Positions 8,575 through 18,805 of a stretch of 35,200 nt of DNA are shown here, piece after piece. The stretch comes from a virus. How positions within the stretch are numbered: position 1 is the first letter of the stretch; each line of letters begins with the position of its first letter. The stretch is taken from UHGV virus genome UHGV-0097760; one strand, 5' to 3'. The translations under genes were made by a program, and so were the position numbers. The notes under the pieces were generated by a model. That model did not search any database. It saw only the letters and a program-made list of their open reading frames with translations, and was not told the origin of the DNA.

Positions 8575-9609
8575 TCAGCCGTTGTCAGTGTCCAGTGAGT
8601 AGTTTTTAAAGCGGATGACCTCCTGACCGAGCCAGCCGTTTATTTCCCGAATCCTGTCCTGTAACGGGATAAGCTCATTGCGGACAAAGACCTTTGCCAC
8701 TTTCTCAATATCACCCAGCGACCCGACGTTCTCCGGCTTGCCGCCCATCAACTGAAAGGGGATGCGGTGCGCGTCCAGCAGGTCAGCGGCGCTGGCTTTT
8801 TTGATATTAAAAAAATCGTCCTTCGTCGCCACTTCACTGAGCGGGATAATTTTAATGCCGTCGGCTTTCCCCTGTGGTGCATAGAGAAACAGATTTTTAA
8901 AGTTGTTGCGGCCTTTCGACTTCACCATGTTTTCGCGGAGCATTTCGATATCGTTGCGATCCTGCACGGCATCAGTGACGTACATGATGTATCCGGCATG
9001 TGCGCCGTTTTCGTAATACTTGCGGCGGAACAGCGTGGCCGACTCATTCAGCCAGGCAGAGTTAAGGGCGCTGAGATATTCCGGCAGGCCGTACAGCTCC
9101 TGATTAATATCCGGCTCCAGCAGGTGAAACACGGAGCCGGGCGTGAAAGGTGTCGGCTCGTTGAAGGACGGCACCCACCAGTAAACATCCTCCTCCACAC
9201 CACGGCGGGTATATTTTGCCGGTGAGGTTTCCAGTCTGATGACCTTACCGGTGGTGCTGTATCGCTTTTCCAGAAACGCATTACCGAACACCAGAAAATC
9301 CAGCACAAAGCGGCTGAAATCCTGCTGGGAAAGCCACGGATGCGGGATAAATGTCGAGGCCAGAATATTACGTTTGACGTAAATCGGTGAGCTGTGATGC
9401 ACGGCAGCACGCAGGCTTTTTGCCAGACCGGTAAAGCTGACCGGTGGCTCATACCATCTGCCGTTACTGATGCACTCGACGTAATCCAGAATGTCACGGC
9501 GGTCGAGTACCGGCACCGGCTCACCAAAGGTGAATGCCTCCATTTTCGGGGCGCTGGCGGTCATTTTTTTTGCCGCAGGTTGCGGTGTTTTCCCTTTTTT
9601 CTTGCTCAT
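8575..9609 (-). CDS. Q: Portal protein Q (344 aa)
   Basis: Length and synteny identical to P2 Q; adjacent to cos. Confidence 0.9.
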   Translation of the reverse strand: MSKKKGKTPQPAAKKMTASAPKMEAFTFGEPVPVLDRRDILDYVECISNGRWYEPPVSFTGLAKSLRAAVHHSSPIYVKRNILASTFIPHPWLSQQDFSRFVLDFLVFGNAFLEKRYSTTGKVIRLETSPAKYTRRGVEEDVYWWVPSFNEPTPFTPGSVFHLLEPDINQELYGLPEYLSALNSAWLNESATLFRRKYYENGAHAGYIMYVTDAVQDRNDIEMLRENMVKSKGRNNFKNLFLYAPQGKADGIKIIPLSEVATKDDFFNIKKASAADLLDAHRIPFQLMGGKPENVGSLGDIEKVAKVFVRNELIPLQDRIREINGWLGQEVIRFKNYSLDTDNG

Positions 9610-11381
9610 CAGTAAAACTCCAGAATGGTGGATGTCAGCGGGGTGCTTATACCGGCGGTGAGTGGCTCATTTAACAGGGCGTGCATGGTCGCCCAGGCGA
9701 GGTCGGCGTGGCTGGCTTCCTCGCTGCGGCTGGCCTCATAGGTGGCACTGCGTCCGCTGCTGGTCATGGTCTTGCGGATAGCCATAAACGAGCTGGTGAT
9801 GTCGGTGGCGCTGACGTCATATTCCAGACAGCCACGGCGGATAACGTCTTTTGCCTTGAGCACCATTGCGGTTTTCATTTCCGGCGTGTAGCGGATATCG
9901 CGCGCGGCGGGATAGAACGAGCGCACGAGCTGGAACACGCCGACACCGAGGCCGGTGGCATCAATACCGATGTATTCGACGTTATATTTTTCGGTGAGTT
10001 TGCGGATGGATTCAGCCTGAGTGGCAAAGTCCATGCCTTTCCACTGGTGACGCTCAAGTATTCTGAATTTGCCACCGGCCACCACCGGCGGTGCCAGTAC
10101 CACGCATCCGGCGCTGTCGCCACGGTGTGACGGGTCGTAACCAATCCATACCGGGCGGGAGCCGAACGGATTCGCGGCAAACGGCGCATAGTCTTCCCAT
10201 TCTTCCAGCGTGTCGACCATGCAGCGTTGCAGCTCCTCGAACGGGAACACCGACGCCTTGTCGTCAACAAATTCACACATGAACAGGTTTTTAAAATCGT
10301 CGGCGCTGTTTTCGCGTTTAAGCTGCTCAATGTCGAACAGCGTGCAGCCACCTTTCAGGGCGTCCTCAATGGTGACAATCTGCCGCCACTGGCCGTCCGC
10401 ACAGAGAAGCCCACCGGCAAGGGCGTTATGACTGACGTCGATTTCCACGCGTTCGGCGGCGCTGGCGCGTCCCCGGTTGAACAGTTCACCCGACCAGAAC
10501 GGGTAGGCGTCGTGCGCCAGCGTGGACGGGGTGGAGAAATAGGTCGAGCGCAGGTGACTCTGTGAGGCCATACCTGATGCCACCTTACGCAGTACCTGAA
10601 AATTCGGGATCCAGAAAATCTCGTCGACGTACAGGTCGCCGTTATGGCTCTGTGCGGTGTTGGAGTTGGTGCCGAGAAAAATAAGTTTTGCGCCGTTATT
10701 GCCCAGGACAATCGGGTCACCGGTCAGGTCAACGTCAACCAGCCGGGCAAAGGCGATGATGTATTCGCGGAACACATACGCCTGCGTTTTACTGGCCGAC
10801 AGAAAAATCTGGTTATGACCGGTTTTCAGGGCGCGCAGCAGCGCCTCGCGGGAAAAATAAAACGTCGCGCCAATCTGGCGGGATTTCAGGATATCGCGGA
10901 TGCGGTGCTCAAGCCCGGCGCGATACCAGTGCAACTGATAGTCGAAAGACTGCTCAAAGAAAATCTGCTCCAGCTTTTCGATGGCCTCGTCACTGAAAAA
11001 ATTCTTTTTCGGTTTGCGCCGCCCGCCTTTGTTGCGGTTAGCGACGTTCGGATTAAGGTCTGCCTCGTTGCCGGTCTGGCTGTAGCGGTTGACCCGTGCC
11101 AGTCGTTCAATCTGGCGTCCCAGCAGGTCAATTTCCTTGAAGTCACTGCCGGTTTTCTGCGGTTTGATGATGAGCTGGGTCAGCCGCGCTTCCAGGCTCA
11201 TTTCGACACGGCTGATGGGGGCAACGCTGTCCCAGCCGTCGCGCTGTTTCCAGCTCTGCACCGTCGGGCGTTTCATCTGCAACATGGCGGCAATCTGCGG
11301 CACGGAAAACCCCTGCCAGTACAGCAGCGCCGCCTGACGACGCGGGTCGTGTAAAAGAGTGGTGTCTGTGGTGATGGTCAT
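9609..11381 (-). CDS. P: Terminase large subunit P (590 aa); start set at ATG 11379-11381
   Basis: 590 aa from MTITTDT...; ATPase/nuclease-sized protein between Q and O; length equals P2 P. Confidence 0.9.
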   Translation of the reverse strand: MTITTDTTLLHDPRRQAALLYWQGFSVPQIAAMLQMKRPTVQSWKQRDGWDSVAPISRVEMSLEARLTQLIIKPQKTGSDFKEIDLLGRQIERLARVNRYSQTGNEADLNPNVANRNKGGRRKPKKNFFSDEAIEKLEQIFFEQSFDYQLHWYRAGLEHRIRDILKSRQIGATFYFSREALLRALKTGHNQIFLSASKTQAYVFREYIIAFARLVDVDLTGDPIVLGNNGAKLIFLGTNSNTAQSHNGDLYVDEIFWIPNFQVLRKVASGMASQSHLRSTYFSTPSTLAHDAYPFWSGELFNRGRASAAERVEIDVSHNALAGGLLCADGQWRQIVTIEDALKGGCTLFDIEQLKRENSADDFKNLFMCEFVDDKASVFPFEELQRCMVDTLEEWEDYAPFAANPFGSRPVWIGYDPSHRGDSAGCVVLAPPVVAGGKFRILERHQWKGMDFATQAESIRKLTEKYNVEYIGIDATGLGVGVFQLVRSFYPAARDIRYTPEMKTAMVLKAKDVIRRGCLEYDVSATDITSSFMAIRKTMTSSGRSATYEASRSEEASHADLAWATMHALLNEPLTAGISTPLTSTILEFY

Positions 11382-11554
11382 GAATACCTCGCCGTGATGA
11401 ATACACGGCAAGGCTACTGAGTCGCGCCCTGCGATTCGCTAAGGTGCTGTTGTGTCAGTGATAAGCCATCCGGGACTGATGGCGGAGGATGCGCATCGTC
11501 GGGAAACTGATGCCGACATGTGACTCCTCTAATCACTATTCAGGACTCCTGACA

Positions 11555-12409
11555 ATGGCAAAAAAAGTCTCAAAATTCTTTCGTATCGGCGTTGAGGGTG
11601 ACACCTGTGACGGGCGTGTCATCAGTGCGCAGGATATTCAGGAAATGGCCGAAACCTTTGACCCGCGTGTCTATGGTTGCCGTATTAACCTGGAACATCT
11701 GCGCGGCATCCTGCCTAACGGTATTTTTAAACGTTATGGTGATGTGGTCGAACTGAAGGCCGAAAAGATTGACGATGATTCGGCGCTGAAAGGCAAATGG
11801 GCGCTGTTTGCGAAAATCACCCCGACCGATGACCTTATCGCGATGAACAAGGCCGCGCAGAAGGTCTATACCTCAATGGAAATTCAGCCGAACTTTGCCA
11901 ATACCGGCAAATGTTATCTGGTGGGTCTGGCCGTCACCGATGACCCGGCAAGCCTCGGCACGGAATACCTGGAATTCTGCCGCACGGCAAAACACAACCC
12001 CCTGAACCGCTTCAAATTAAGCCCTGAAAACCTGATTTCAGTGGCAACGCCCGTTGAGCTGGAATTTGAAGACCTGCCTGAAACCGTGTTCACCGCCCTG
12101 ACCGAAAAGGTGAAATCCATTTTTGGCCGTAAACAGGCCAGCGATGACGCCCGTCTGAATGACGTGCATGAAGCGGTGACCGCTGTTGCTGAACATGTGC
12201 AGGAAAAACTGAGCGCCACTGAGCAGCGCATCGCAGAAATGGAAACCGCCTTTTCCGCACTTAAGCAGGATATGACTGACAGGGCGGATGAAACCAGCCA
12301 GGCATTCACCCGCCTGAAAAACAGTCTCGACCACACCGAAAGTCTGACCCAGCAGCGCCGCAGCAAGGCCACCGGCGGTGGCGGTGACGCCCTGATGACG
12401 AACTGCTGA
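11555..12409 (+). CDS. O: Capsid scaffolding protein O (284 aa); start set at ATG 11555
   Basis: 284 aa from MAKKVSKFF...; divergent from P as in P2. Confidence 0.85.
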   Translation: MAKKVSKFFRIGVEGDTCDGRVISAQDIQEMAETFDPRVYGCRINLEHLRGILPNGIFKRYGDVVELKAEKIDDDSALKGKWALFAKITPTDDLIAMNKAAQKVYTSMEIQPNFANTGKCYLVGLAVTDDPASLGTEYLEFCRTAKHNPLNRFKLSPENLISVATPVELEFEDLPETVFTALTEKVKSIFGRKQASDDARLNDVHEAVTAVAEHVQEKLSATEQRIAEMETAFSALKQDMTDRADETSQAFTRLKNSLDHTESLTQQRRSKATGGGGDALMTNC

Positions 12410-12467
12410 CCGGCGTCAGTCAGTCCGGGAAAACCTTCACGATTAACCCTTAATTTCAGGAAAAACT

Positions 12468-13541
12468 ATGCGCCAGGAAACCCGCTTTAAATTTAATGCC
12501 TACCTGTCCCGTGTTGCCGAACTGAACGGCATCGACGCCGGTGATGTGTCGAAAAAATTCACCGTTGAACCGTCGGTCACCCAGACCCTGATGAACACCA
12601 TGCAGGAGTCCTCTGATTTTCTGACCCGCATCAACATTGTGCCGGTCAGCGAAATGAAAGGGGAAAAAATTGGTATCGGTGTCACCGGCTCCATCGCCAG
12701 CACCACCGACACCGCCGGTGGCACCGAGCGTCAGCCGAAGGACTTCTCGAAGCTGGCGTCTAACAAGTACGAATGCGACCAGATTAACTTCGATTTTTAT
12801 ATCCGCTACAAAACGCTTGACCTGTGGGCGCGTTATCAGGATTTCCAGCTCCGTATCCGTAACGCCATTATCAAACGCCAGTCCCTTGATTTCATCATGG
12901 CCGGTTTTAACGGCGTGAAGCGTGCCGAAACCTCTGACCGCAGCAGCAATCCGATGTTGCAGGATGTGGCGGTCGGCTGGCTGCAGAAATACCGCAATGA
13001 AGCACCGGCGCGCGTGATGAGCAAGGTCACTGACGAGGAAGGTCACACGACCTCTGAGGTCATCCGCGTGGGTAAGGGCGGTGATTATGCCAGCCTTGAT
13101 GCACTGGTGATGGATGCGACCAACAACCTGATCGAACCGTGGTATCAGGAAGACCCTGACCTTGTGGTGATAGTGGGACGTCAGTTACTGGCGGACAAGT
13201 ATTTCCCCATCGTTAACAAGGAGCAGGGCAACAGCGAAATGCTGGCCGCTGACGTCATCATCAGCCAGAAACGCATCGGTAACCTGCCAGCGGTACGCGT
13301 TCCGTACTTCCCGGCGGATGCGATGCTCATCACGAAGCTGGAAAACCTGTCCATCTACTACATGGATGACAGCCATCGCCGCGTGATTGAGGAAAACCCG
13401 AAACTCGACCGCGTGGAGAACTACGAGTCAATGAACATTGATTACGTGGTGGAGGACTACGCCGCCGGTTGTCTGGTGGAAAAAATTAAGGTCGGTGATT
13501 TCTCCACACCGGCTAAAGCGACCGCAGAGCCGGGAGCGTAA
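12468..13541 (+). CDS. N: Major capsid protein N (357 aa)
   Basis: Length and synteny match P2 N. Confidence 0.9.
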   Translation: MRQETRFKFNAYLSRVAELNGIDAGDVSKKFTVEPSVTQTLMNTMQESSDFLTRINIVPVSEMKGEKIGIGVTGSIASTTDTAGGTERQPKDFSKLASNKYECDQINFDFYIRYKTLDLWARYQDFQLRIRNAIIKRQSLDFIMAGFNGVKRAETSDRSSNPMLQDVAVGWLQKYRNEAPARVMSKVTDEEGHTTSEVIRVGKGGDYASLDALVMDATNNLIEPWYQEDPDLVVIVGRQLLADKYFPIVNKEQGNSEMLAADVIISQKRIGNLPAVRVPYFPADAMLITKLENLSIYYMDDSHRRVIEENPKLDRVENYESMNIDYVVEDYAAGCLVEKIKVGDFSTPAKATAEPGA

Positions 13542-13544
13542 CCG

Positions 13545-14288
13545 ATGACGAGTCCCGCACAGCGCCACATGATGCGGGTCTCGGCAGCGATGACCGCGCA
13601 GCGGGAAGCCGCCCCGCTGCGACATGCAACTGTCTATGAGCAGATGCTGGTTAAGCTCGCCGCAGACCAGCGCACACTGAAAGCGATTTATTCAAAAGAG
13701 CTGAAGGCCGCGAAAAAACGCGAACTGCTGCCGTTCTGGTTGCCGTGGGTGAACGGCGTGCTGGAGCAGGGCAAAGGTGCACAGGATGACATTCTGATGA
13801 CGGTCATGCTGTGGCGTCTGGATACCGGCGATATTGCCGGTGCGCTGGAGATTGCCCGTTATGCCCTGAAGTACGGTCTGACCATGCCGGGTAAACACCG
13901 CCGCACCCCGCCGTACATGTTCACCGAGGAGGTGGCGCTCGCGGCCATGCGTGCTCACGCTGCCGGTGAGTCTGTGGATACCCGCCTGCTGACGGAGACC
14001 CTTGAACTGACCGCCACGGCTGACATGCCTGATGAAGTGCGCGCAAAGCTGCACAAAATCACCGGTCTGTTTCTGCGTGACGGTGGTGATGCCGCAGGGG
14101 CGCTGGCGCACCTGCAACGTGCGACACAGCTCGACTGTCAGGCAGGCGTCAAAAAAGAGATTGAACGACTGGAGCGGGAGCTGAAACCGAAGCCGGAGCC
14201 GCAGCCCAAAGCGGCCACCCGTACCCCGCGTAAGACCCGGAGCGTGACACCGGCAAAACGTGGACGCCCGAAAAAGAAAGCCAGTTAA
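13545..14288 (+). CDS. M: Terminase small (endonuclease) subunit M (247 aa)
   Basis: Length and synteny match P2 M; basic C-terminal tail. Confidence 0.85.
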   Translation: MTSPAQRHMMRVSAAMTAQREAAPLRHATVYEQMLVKLAADQRTLKAIYSKELKAAKKRELLPFWLPWVNGVLEQGKGAQDDILMTVMLWRLDTGDIAGALEIARYALKYGLTMPGKHRRTPPYMFTEEVALAAMRAHAAGESVDTRLLTETLELTATADMPDEVRAKLHKITGLFLRDGGDAAGALAHLQRATQLDCQAGVKKEIERLERELKPKPEPQPKAATRTPRKTRSVTPAKRGRPKKKAS

Positions 14289-14387
14289 CAACCGAATGCG
14301 CCCCGCGCCAGGGCGGCACGCCGGTCAGTGACGGTGAATCACCTGACACTGCACCGGCGTCCACCGCCCGACTTTTCAGAGGTAGTC

Positions 14388-14897
14388 ATGATGACGCTGA
14401 TTATTCCGCGAAAGGAGGCTCCTGTATCCGGTGAGGGTACGGTGGTCATCCCGCAACCGGCAGGCGACGAGCCGGTGATTAAAAACACGTTCTTTTTTCC
14501 CGATATCGACCCGAAGCGCGTCCGGGAACGTATGCGCCTTGAGCAGACCGTCGCCCCCGCCCGTCTGCGTGAGGCCATCAAGTCAGGCATGGCGGAAACA
14601 AATGCGGAGCTGTACGAGTACCGCGAACAGAAAATTGCCGCCGGTTTTACGCGTCTGGCGGACGTTCCGGCGGACGACATCGACGGTGAAAGTATCAAAG
14701 TTTTTTACTACGAGCGCGCCGTGTGTGCGATGGCGACCGCGTCGCTTTATGAGCGTTACCGCGGCGTGGATGCCAGTGCGAAAGGAGACAAGAAGGCTGA
14801 CAGCATTGACAGCACCATTGATGAGCTGTGGCGGGATATGCGCTGGGCAGTGGCGCGCATCCAGGACAAGCCGCGCTGCATCGTGAGTCAAATCTGA
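14388..14897 (+). CDS. L: Head completion/stabilisation protein L (169 aa); start set at ATG 14388
   Basis: 169 aa from MMTLIIPRK...; RBS AGAGG upstream. Confidence 0.85.
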   Translation: MMTLIIPRKEAPVSGEGTVVIPQPAGDEPVIKNTFFFPDIDPKRVRERMRLEQTVAPARLREAIKSGMAETNAELYEYREQKIAAGFTRLADVPADDIDGESIKVFYYERAVCAMATASLYERYRGVDASAKGDKKADSIDSTIDELWRDMRWAVARIQDKPRCIVSQI

Positions 14898-15100
14898 TGA
14901 AGACCTTTGCGCTACAGGGCGACACGCTCGACGCCATTTGTGTCCGGTATTACGGGCGCACTGAGGGCGTGGTTGAGACCGTGCTCGCCGCAAATCCGGG
15001 ACTGGCTGAACTGGGTGCGGTGCTGCCACACGGCACCGCCGTCGAACTGCCCGACGTTCAGACCGCGCCCGTGGCTGAAACTGTCAATCTGTGGGAGTAA
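14897..15100 (+). CDS. X: Tail protein X (67 aa, LysM-like)
   Basis: 67 aa from MKTFALQGDTLDAICVRYYG...; ATG overlaps the L stop. Confidence 0.8.
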   Translation: MKTFALQGDTLDAICVRYYGRTEGVVETVLAANPGLAELGAVLPHGTAVELPDVQTAPVAETVNLWE

Positions 15101-15103
15101 CGC

Positions 15104-15385
15104 ATGACAGCAGAAGAAAAAAGCGTTCTGTCGCTTTTCATGATTGGGGTGCTGATTGTTGTCGGCAAGGTGCTTGCCGGTGGTGAACCCATCACCCCGC
15201 GTCTGTTTATCGGGCGCATGTTGCTCGGTGGTTTTGTCTCGATGGTTGCCGGTGTTGTTCTGGTGCAGTTTCCTGACCTGTCACTGCCTGCGGTGTGCGG
15301 CATCGGCTCCATGCTGGGTATCGCCGGTTATCAGGTGATTGAGATTGCCATTCAGCGTCGCTTTAAGGGCAGGGGGAAACCGTAA
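15104..15385 (+). CDS. Y: Holin Y (93 aa)
   Basis: Small hydrophobic protein with predicted TM segments, first gene of lysis cassette. Confidence 0.85.
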   Translation: MTAEEKSVLSLFMIGVLIVVGKVLAGGEPITPRLFIGRMLLGGFVSMVAGVVLVQFPDLSLPAVCGIGSMLGIAGYQVIEIAIQRRFKGRGKP

Positions 15386-15882
15386 TGCCGGTAATTAACA
15401 CGCATCAGAATATCGCCGCCTTTCTCGACATGCTGGCCGTGTCCGAAGGGACGGCGAATCATCCGCTGACGAAAAACCGGGGCTATGACGTGATAGTCAC
15501 CGGACTGGACGGGAAGCCGGAAATCTTCACCGACTACAGTGACCACCCGTTCGCGCATGGCCGACCGGCGAAGGTGTTTAACCGTCGCGGTGAAAAATCC
15601 ACGGCCTCCGGTCGCTATCAGCAGCTTTACCTGTTCTGGCCGCATTACCGCAAACAGCTTGCCCTGCCGGATTTCAGTCCGTTGTCACAGGACAGACTCG
15701 CCATTCAGTTGATCCGCGAACGCGGTGCACTGGATGACATCCGGGCGGGACGCATTGAGCGCGCCATTTCACGCTGTCGCAATATCTGGGCGTCCCTGCC
15801 GGGTGCCGGTTACGGTCAGCGTGAGCATTCACTGGAAAAACTGGTCACCGTCTGGCGTACCGCCGGTGGCGTACCGGCTTAA
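15385..15882 (+). CDS. K: Endolysin K (lysozyme, 165 aa)
   Basis: Lysozyme-like N-terminus AFLDMLAVSEGT; TAATG overlap with holin stop. Confidence 0.9.
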   Translation: MPVINTHQNIAAFLDMLAVSEGTANHPLTKNRGYDVIVTGLDGKPEIFTDYSDHPFAHGRPAKVFNRRGEKSTASGRYQQLYLFWPHYRKQLALPDFSPLSQDRLAIQLIRERGALDDIRAGRIERAISRCRNIWASLPGAGYGQREHSLEKLVTVWRTAGGVPA

Positions 15883-15896
15883 ACGGAGTAAACACC

Positions 15897-16322
15897 ATGA
15901 AGAAATTATCCCTTTCACTGATGCTGAACGTGTCGCTGGCGCTGGTGCTGGCACTGTCCCTGATTTACCCGCAGAGCGTGGCCGTCAGTTTTGTCGCCAC
16001 CTGGGCGATTCTGGCGACGGTTATCTGTGTGGTTGCCGGCGGTGTCGGCGTGTATGCCACAGAGTATGTACTGGAACGCTACGGGCGGGAGCTGCCGCCG
16101 GAATCGCTGGCCGTGAAGATTGTCACGGCGCTGTTTTTGCAGCCGGTGCCGTGGCGCAGGCGGTCAGTGGCTCTGGTAGTGATGGTGGCGACGTTTATCT
16201 CGCTGGTCGCTGCCGGGTGGATTTTTACCGCGCTGATTTATCTCGTGGCATCGGTGTTCTTCCGGCTGATACGTACGGCCTGCTGTCAGCGTTTTGAGGG
16301 GCGGGAACCATGTCAAAGCTGA
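15897..16322 (+). CDS. lysA: Lysis timing membrane protein LysA (141 aa)
   Basis: Hydrophobic multi-TM protein at the P2 lysA position. Confidence 0.8.
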   Translation: MKKLSLSLMLNVSLALVLALSLIYPQSVAVSFVATWAILATVICVVAGGVGVYATEYVLERYGRELPPESLAVKIVTALFLQPVPWRRRSVALVVMVATFISLVAAGWIFTALIYLVASVFFRLIRTACCQRFEGREPCQS

Positions 16323-16735
16323 TGATTGTGCTGGTTGTGTTGTTATCACTGGCGGTGGCCGGTCTGTTTCTGGTGAAACACAAAAATGCCAGCCTGCGCG
16401 CCTCGCTGGACAGGGCGAACAGTGTCGCCAGCGGGCAGCAGACGACCATCACCATGCTGAAAAATCAGCTTCATGTTGCCCTCACCAGGGTAGACAAAAA
16501 CGAGCTGGCGCAGGTGGCACTGCGTCAGGAACTGGAGAACGCCGCGAAGCGTGAAGCACAGCGCGAGAAAACCATCACGAGGTTACTTAATGAAAACGAA
16601 GATTTCCGCCGCTGGTACGGTGCTGACCTGCCTGATGTTGTGCGCCGGTTGCACCAGCGTCCGGCCTGCACCGACGCCAGTGATTGTCGCCAACGCCTGC
16701 CCGAAAGTGAGTCTTTGCCCGATGCCGGGCAGTGA
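16310..16735 (+). CDS. lysB: LysB, Rz-like inner-membrane spanin (141 aa)
   Basis: N-terminal TM helix followed by coiled-coil-like region; P2 lysB length. Confidence 0.8.
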   Translation: MSKLMIVLVVLLSLAVAGLFLVKHKNASLRASLDRANSVASGQQTTITMLKNQLHVALTRVDKNELAQVALRQELENAAKREAQREKTITRLLNENEDFRRWYGADLPDVVRRLHQRPACTDASDCRQRLPESESLPDAGQ

Positions 16736-16880
16736 CCCGCAGACGAACGGCGATTTAAGTGCCGATATCCGGCAGCTTGAGAACGCGCTGGCACGCTGTG
16801 CCAGCCAGGTAAAAATGATTAAACACTGTCAGGATGAAAACGATGCTCAAACCCGACAGCCTGCGCAGGGCGCTGACTGA
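16590..16880 (+). CDS. lysC: LysC, Rz1-like outer-membrane lipoprotein spanin (96 aa), start embedded in lysB in another frame
   Basis: Lipobox LCAGC after a signal peptide (MKTKISAAGTVLTCLMLCAGC); proline-rich mature part. Confidence 0.75.
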   Translation: MKTKISAAGTVLTCLMLCAGCTSVRPAPTPVIVANACPKVSLCPMPGSDPQTNGDLSADIRQLENALARCASQVKMIKHCQDENDAQTRQPAQGAD

Positions 16881-17310
16881 TGCCGTCACGGTGCTGAAAA
16901 CCAGTCCAGAGATGCTGCGGATATTCGTGGATAACGGGAGTATTGCCTCCACACTGGCGACGTCGTTGTCATTCGAAAAGCGTTACACGCTCAATGTGAT
17001 TGTGACCGACTTTACCGGTGATTTTGACCTGCTCATCGTGCCGGTGCTGGCGTGGCTGCGGGAAAATCAGCCCGACATCATGACCACCGACGAAGGCCAG
17101 AAAAAGGGCTTCACGTTTTATGCAGACATCAACAATGACAGCAGCTTTGATATCAGTATCAGCCTGATGCTGACCGAGCGCACGCTGGTCAGTGAGGTGG
17201 ACGGCGCGCTGCATGTGAAGAATATCCCGGAACCTCCGCCGCCGGAGCCGGTCACCCGCCCGATGGAGCTGTATATCAATGGCGAACTCGTGAGTAAGTG
17301 GGATGAATGA
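16843..17310 (+). CDS. R: Tail completion protein R (155 aa); an alternative ATG at 16834 would give 158 aa
   Basis: Length and synteny match P2 R. Confidence 0.8.
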   Translation: MLKPDSLRRALTDAVTVLKTSPEMLRIFVDNGSIASTLATSLSFEKRYTLNVIVTDFTGDFDLLIVPVLAWLRENQPDIMTTDEGQKKGFTFYADINNDSSFDISISLMLTERTLVSEVDGALHVKNIPEPPPPEPVTRPMELYINGELVSKWDE

Positions 17311-17755
17311 GTTTAAGCGTTTTGAAGACCGGCTGACCGGACTGATTGAGTCGCTGTCACCGTCAGGGCGTCGGCGACTGAGTGCCGAACTGGCGAAACG
17401 TCTGCGGCAGAGTCAGCAGCGTCGGGTGATGGCACAGAAAGCCCCGGATGGCACACCCTATGCGCCACGCCAGCAGCAGAGCGCCAGAAAAAAGACCGGT
17501 CGCGTTAAGCGAAAAATGTTTGCGAAACTTATCACCAGTCGTTTTTTGCATATCCGCGCCAGCCCGGAACAGGCATCAATGGAATTTTACGGCGGGAAGT
17601 CACCGAAAATCGCCAGCGTGCATCAGTTTGGTCTGTCGGAAGAAACCCGGAAAGACGGTAAGAAAATTGATTATCCGGCGCGTCCTCTGCTCGGCTTTAC
17701 CGGTGAGGATGTGCAGATGATTGAAGAGATTATCCTGGCTCACCTCGACCGTTAG
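17303..17755 (+). CDS. S: Tail completion protein S (150 aa)
   Basis: Length and synteny match P2 S. Confidence 0.85.
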   Translation: MNEFKRFEDRLTGLIESLSPSGRRRLSAELAKRLRQSQQRRVMAQKAPDGTPYAPRQQQSARKKTGRVKRKMFAKLITSRFLHIRASPEQASMEFYGGKSPKIASVHQFGLSEETRKDGKKIDYPARPLLGFTGEDVQMIEEIILAHLDR

Positions 17756-17821
17756 TTGTGCCATTCCCGACACCTCATCGTTACATTGCCGCCGGTATGA
17801 CCCGGCGGCATCCTTCCCGTT

Positions 17822-18457
17822 ATGAACACTCTCGCAAATATCCAGGAACTCGCGCGCGCACTGCGCAACATGATCCGCACCGGCCTTGTCGTCGAAACCA
17901 ACCTTAAAGCCGGTCGCTGCCGTGTGCAGACCGGCGGCATGTGCACCGACTGGCTTCAGTGGCTGACCCATCACGCCGGTCGTTCGCGCACATGGTGGGC
18001 ACCTTCCGTGGGGGAGCAGGTGCTGATTCTGGCCGTGGGCGGTGAACTTGACACGGCGTTTGTTCTGCCGGGGATTTATTCCGGCGATAACCCCGCGCCG
18101 TCTGCGTCGGCGGATGCCCTGCATATCCGTTTCCCTGACGGGGCGGTGATTGAGTATGAACCCGAAACCAGTGCACTCACGGTAAGCGGAATTAAAACGG
18201 CCAGCGTGACGGCTTCTGATTCTGTTACTGCCACGGTGCCGGTGGTCATGGTGAAAGCATCAACCCGCGTCACCCTGGACACACCGGAGGTGGTCTGCAC
18301 CAACAGGCTGATTACCGGCACGCTGGAAGTGCAGAAGGGCGGGACGATGCGCGGCAACATTGAACACACCGGCGGTGAACTCTCATCAAACGGTAAGGTA
18401 CTGCATACCCATAAACACCCCGGCGACAGCGGCGGCACAACCGGGAGCCCTCTATGA
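17822..18457 (+). CDS. V: Baseplate spike/assembly protein V (211 aa)
   Basis: Length and synteny match P2 V. Confidence 0.85.
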   Translation: MNTLANIQELARALRNMIRTGLVVETNLKAGRCRVQTGGMCTDWLQWLTHHAGRSRTWWAPSVGEQVLILAVGGELDTAFVLPGIYSGDNPAPSASADALHIRFPDGAVIEYEPETSALTVSGIKTASVTASDSVTATVPVVMVKASTRVTLDTPEVVCTNRLITGTLEVQKGGTMRGNIEHTGGELSSNGKVLHTHKHPGDSGGTTGSPL

Positions 18458-18801
18458 CAGCGCGTTATCTCGGAATGAATCGCAGTGATGGCCTGACTGT
18501 CACTGACCTTGAGCATATCAGCCAGAGTATCGGCGATATCCTGCGCACACCGGTCGGCTCACGGGTGATGCGCCGTGATTACGGCTCGTTGCTGGCGTCA
18601 ATGATTGACCAGCCGCAGACCCCGGCGCTTGAGTTGCAGATTAAGGTCGCCTGTTACATGGCGGTGCTGAAATGGGAACCCCGCGTCACCCTGTCATCCG
18701 TCACCACTGAGCGCAGTTTTGACGGGCGAATGACAGTTACGTTAACCGGCCAGCACAACGACACCGGCCAGCCACTTTCGTTAACCATCCCTGTGAGTTG
18801 A
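18454..18801 (+). CDS. W: Baseplate wedge protein W (gp25-like, 115 aa)
   Basis: Length and synteny match P2 W. Confidence 0.85.
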   Translation: MTARYLGMNRSDGLTVTDLEHISQSIGDILRTPVGSRVMRRDYGSLLASMIDQPQTPALELQIKVACYMAVLKWEPRVTLSSVTTERSFDGRMTVTLTGQHNDTGQPLSLTIPVS

Positions 18802-18805
18802 AACC

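Noticed and set aside
9048-11354. Numerous long antisense or alternate-frame ORFs (for example 9048-9527, 9875-10351, 10644-11354) inside the terminase and portal genes
   Set aside because: They overlap confidently assigned GC-rich structural genes on the opposite strand, have Arg/Ser/Pro-rich low-complexity translations typical of out-of-frame GC-rich DNA, and lack ribosome-binding sites
17756-17821. Ogr-dependent late promoter dyad (TGT-N12-ACA) upstream of V, and similarly upstream of O, P and FI
   Set aside because: I could not find an unambiguous match with correct spacing by eye (for example TGT and ACA upstream of V are 10 nt apart), so no late promoter is annotated; a position weight matrix scan would be needed
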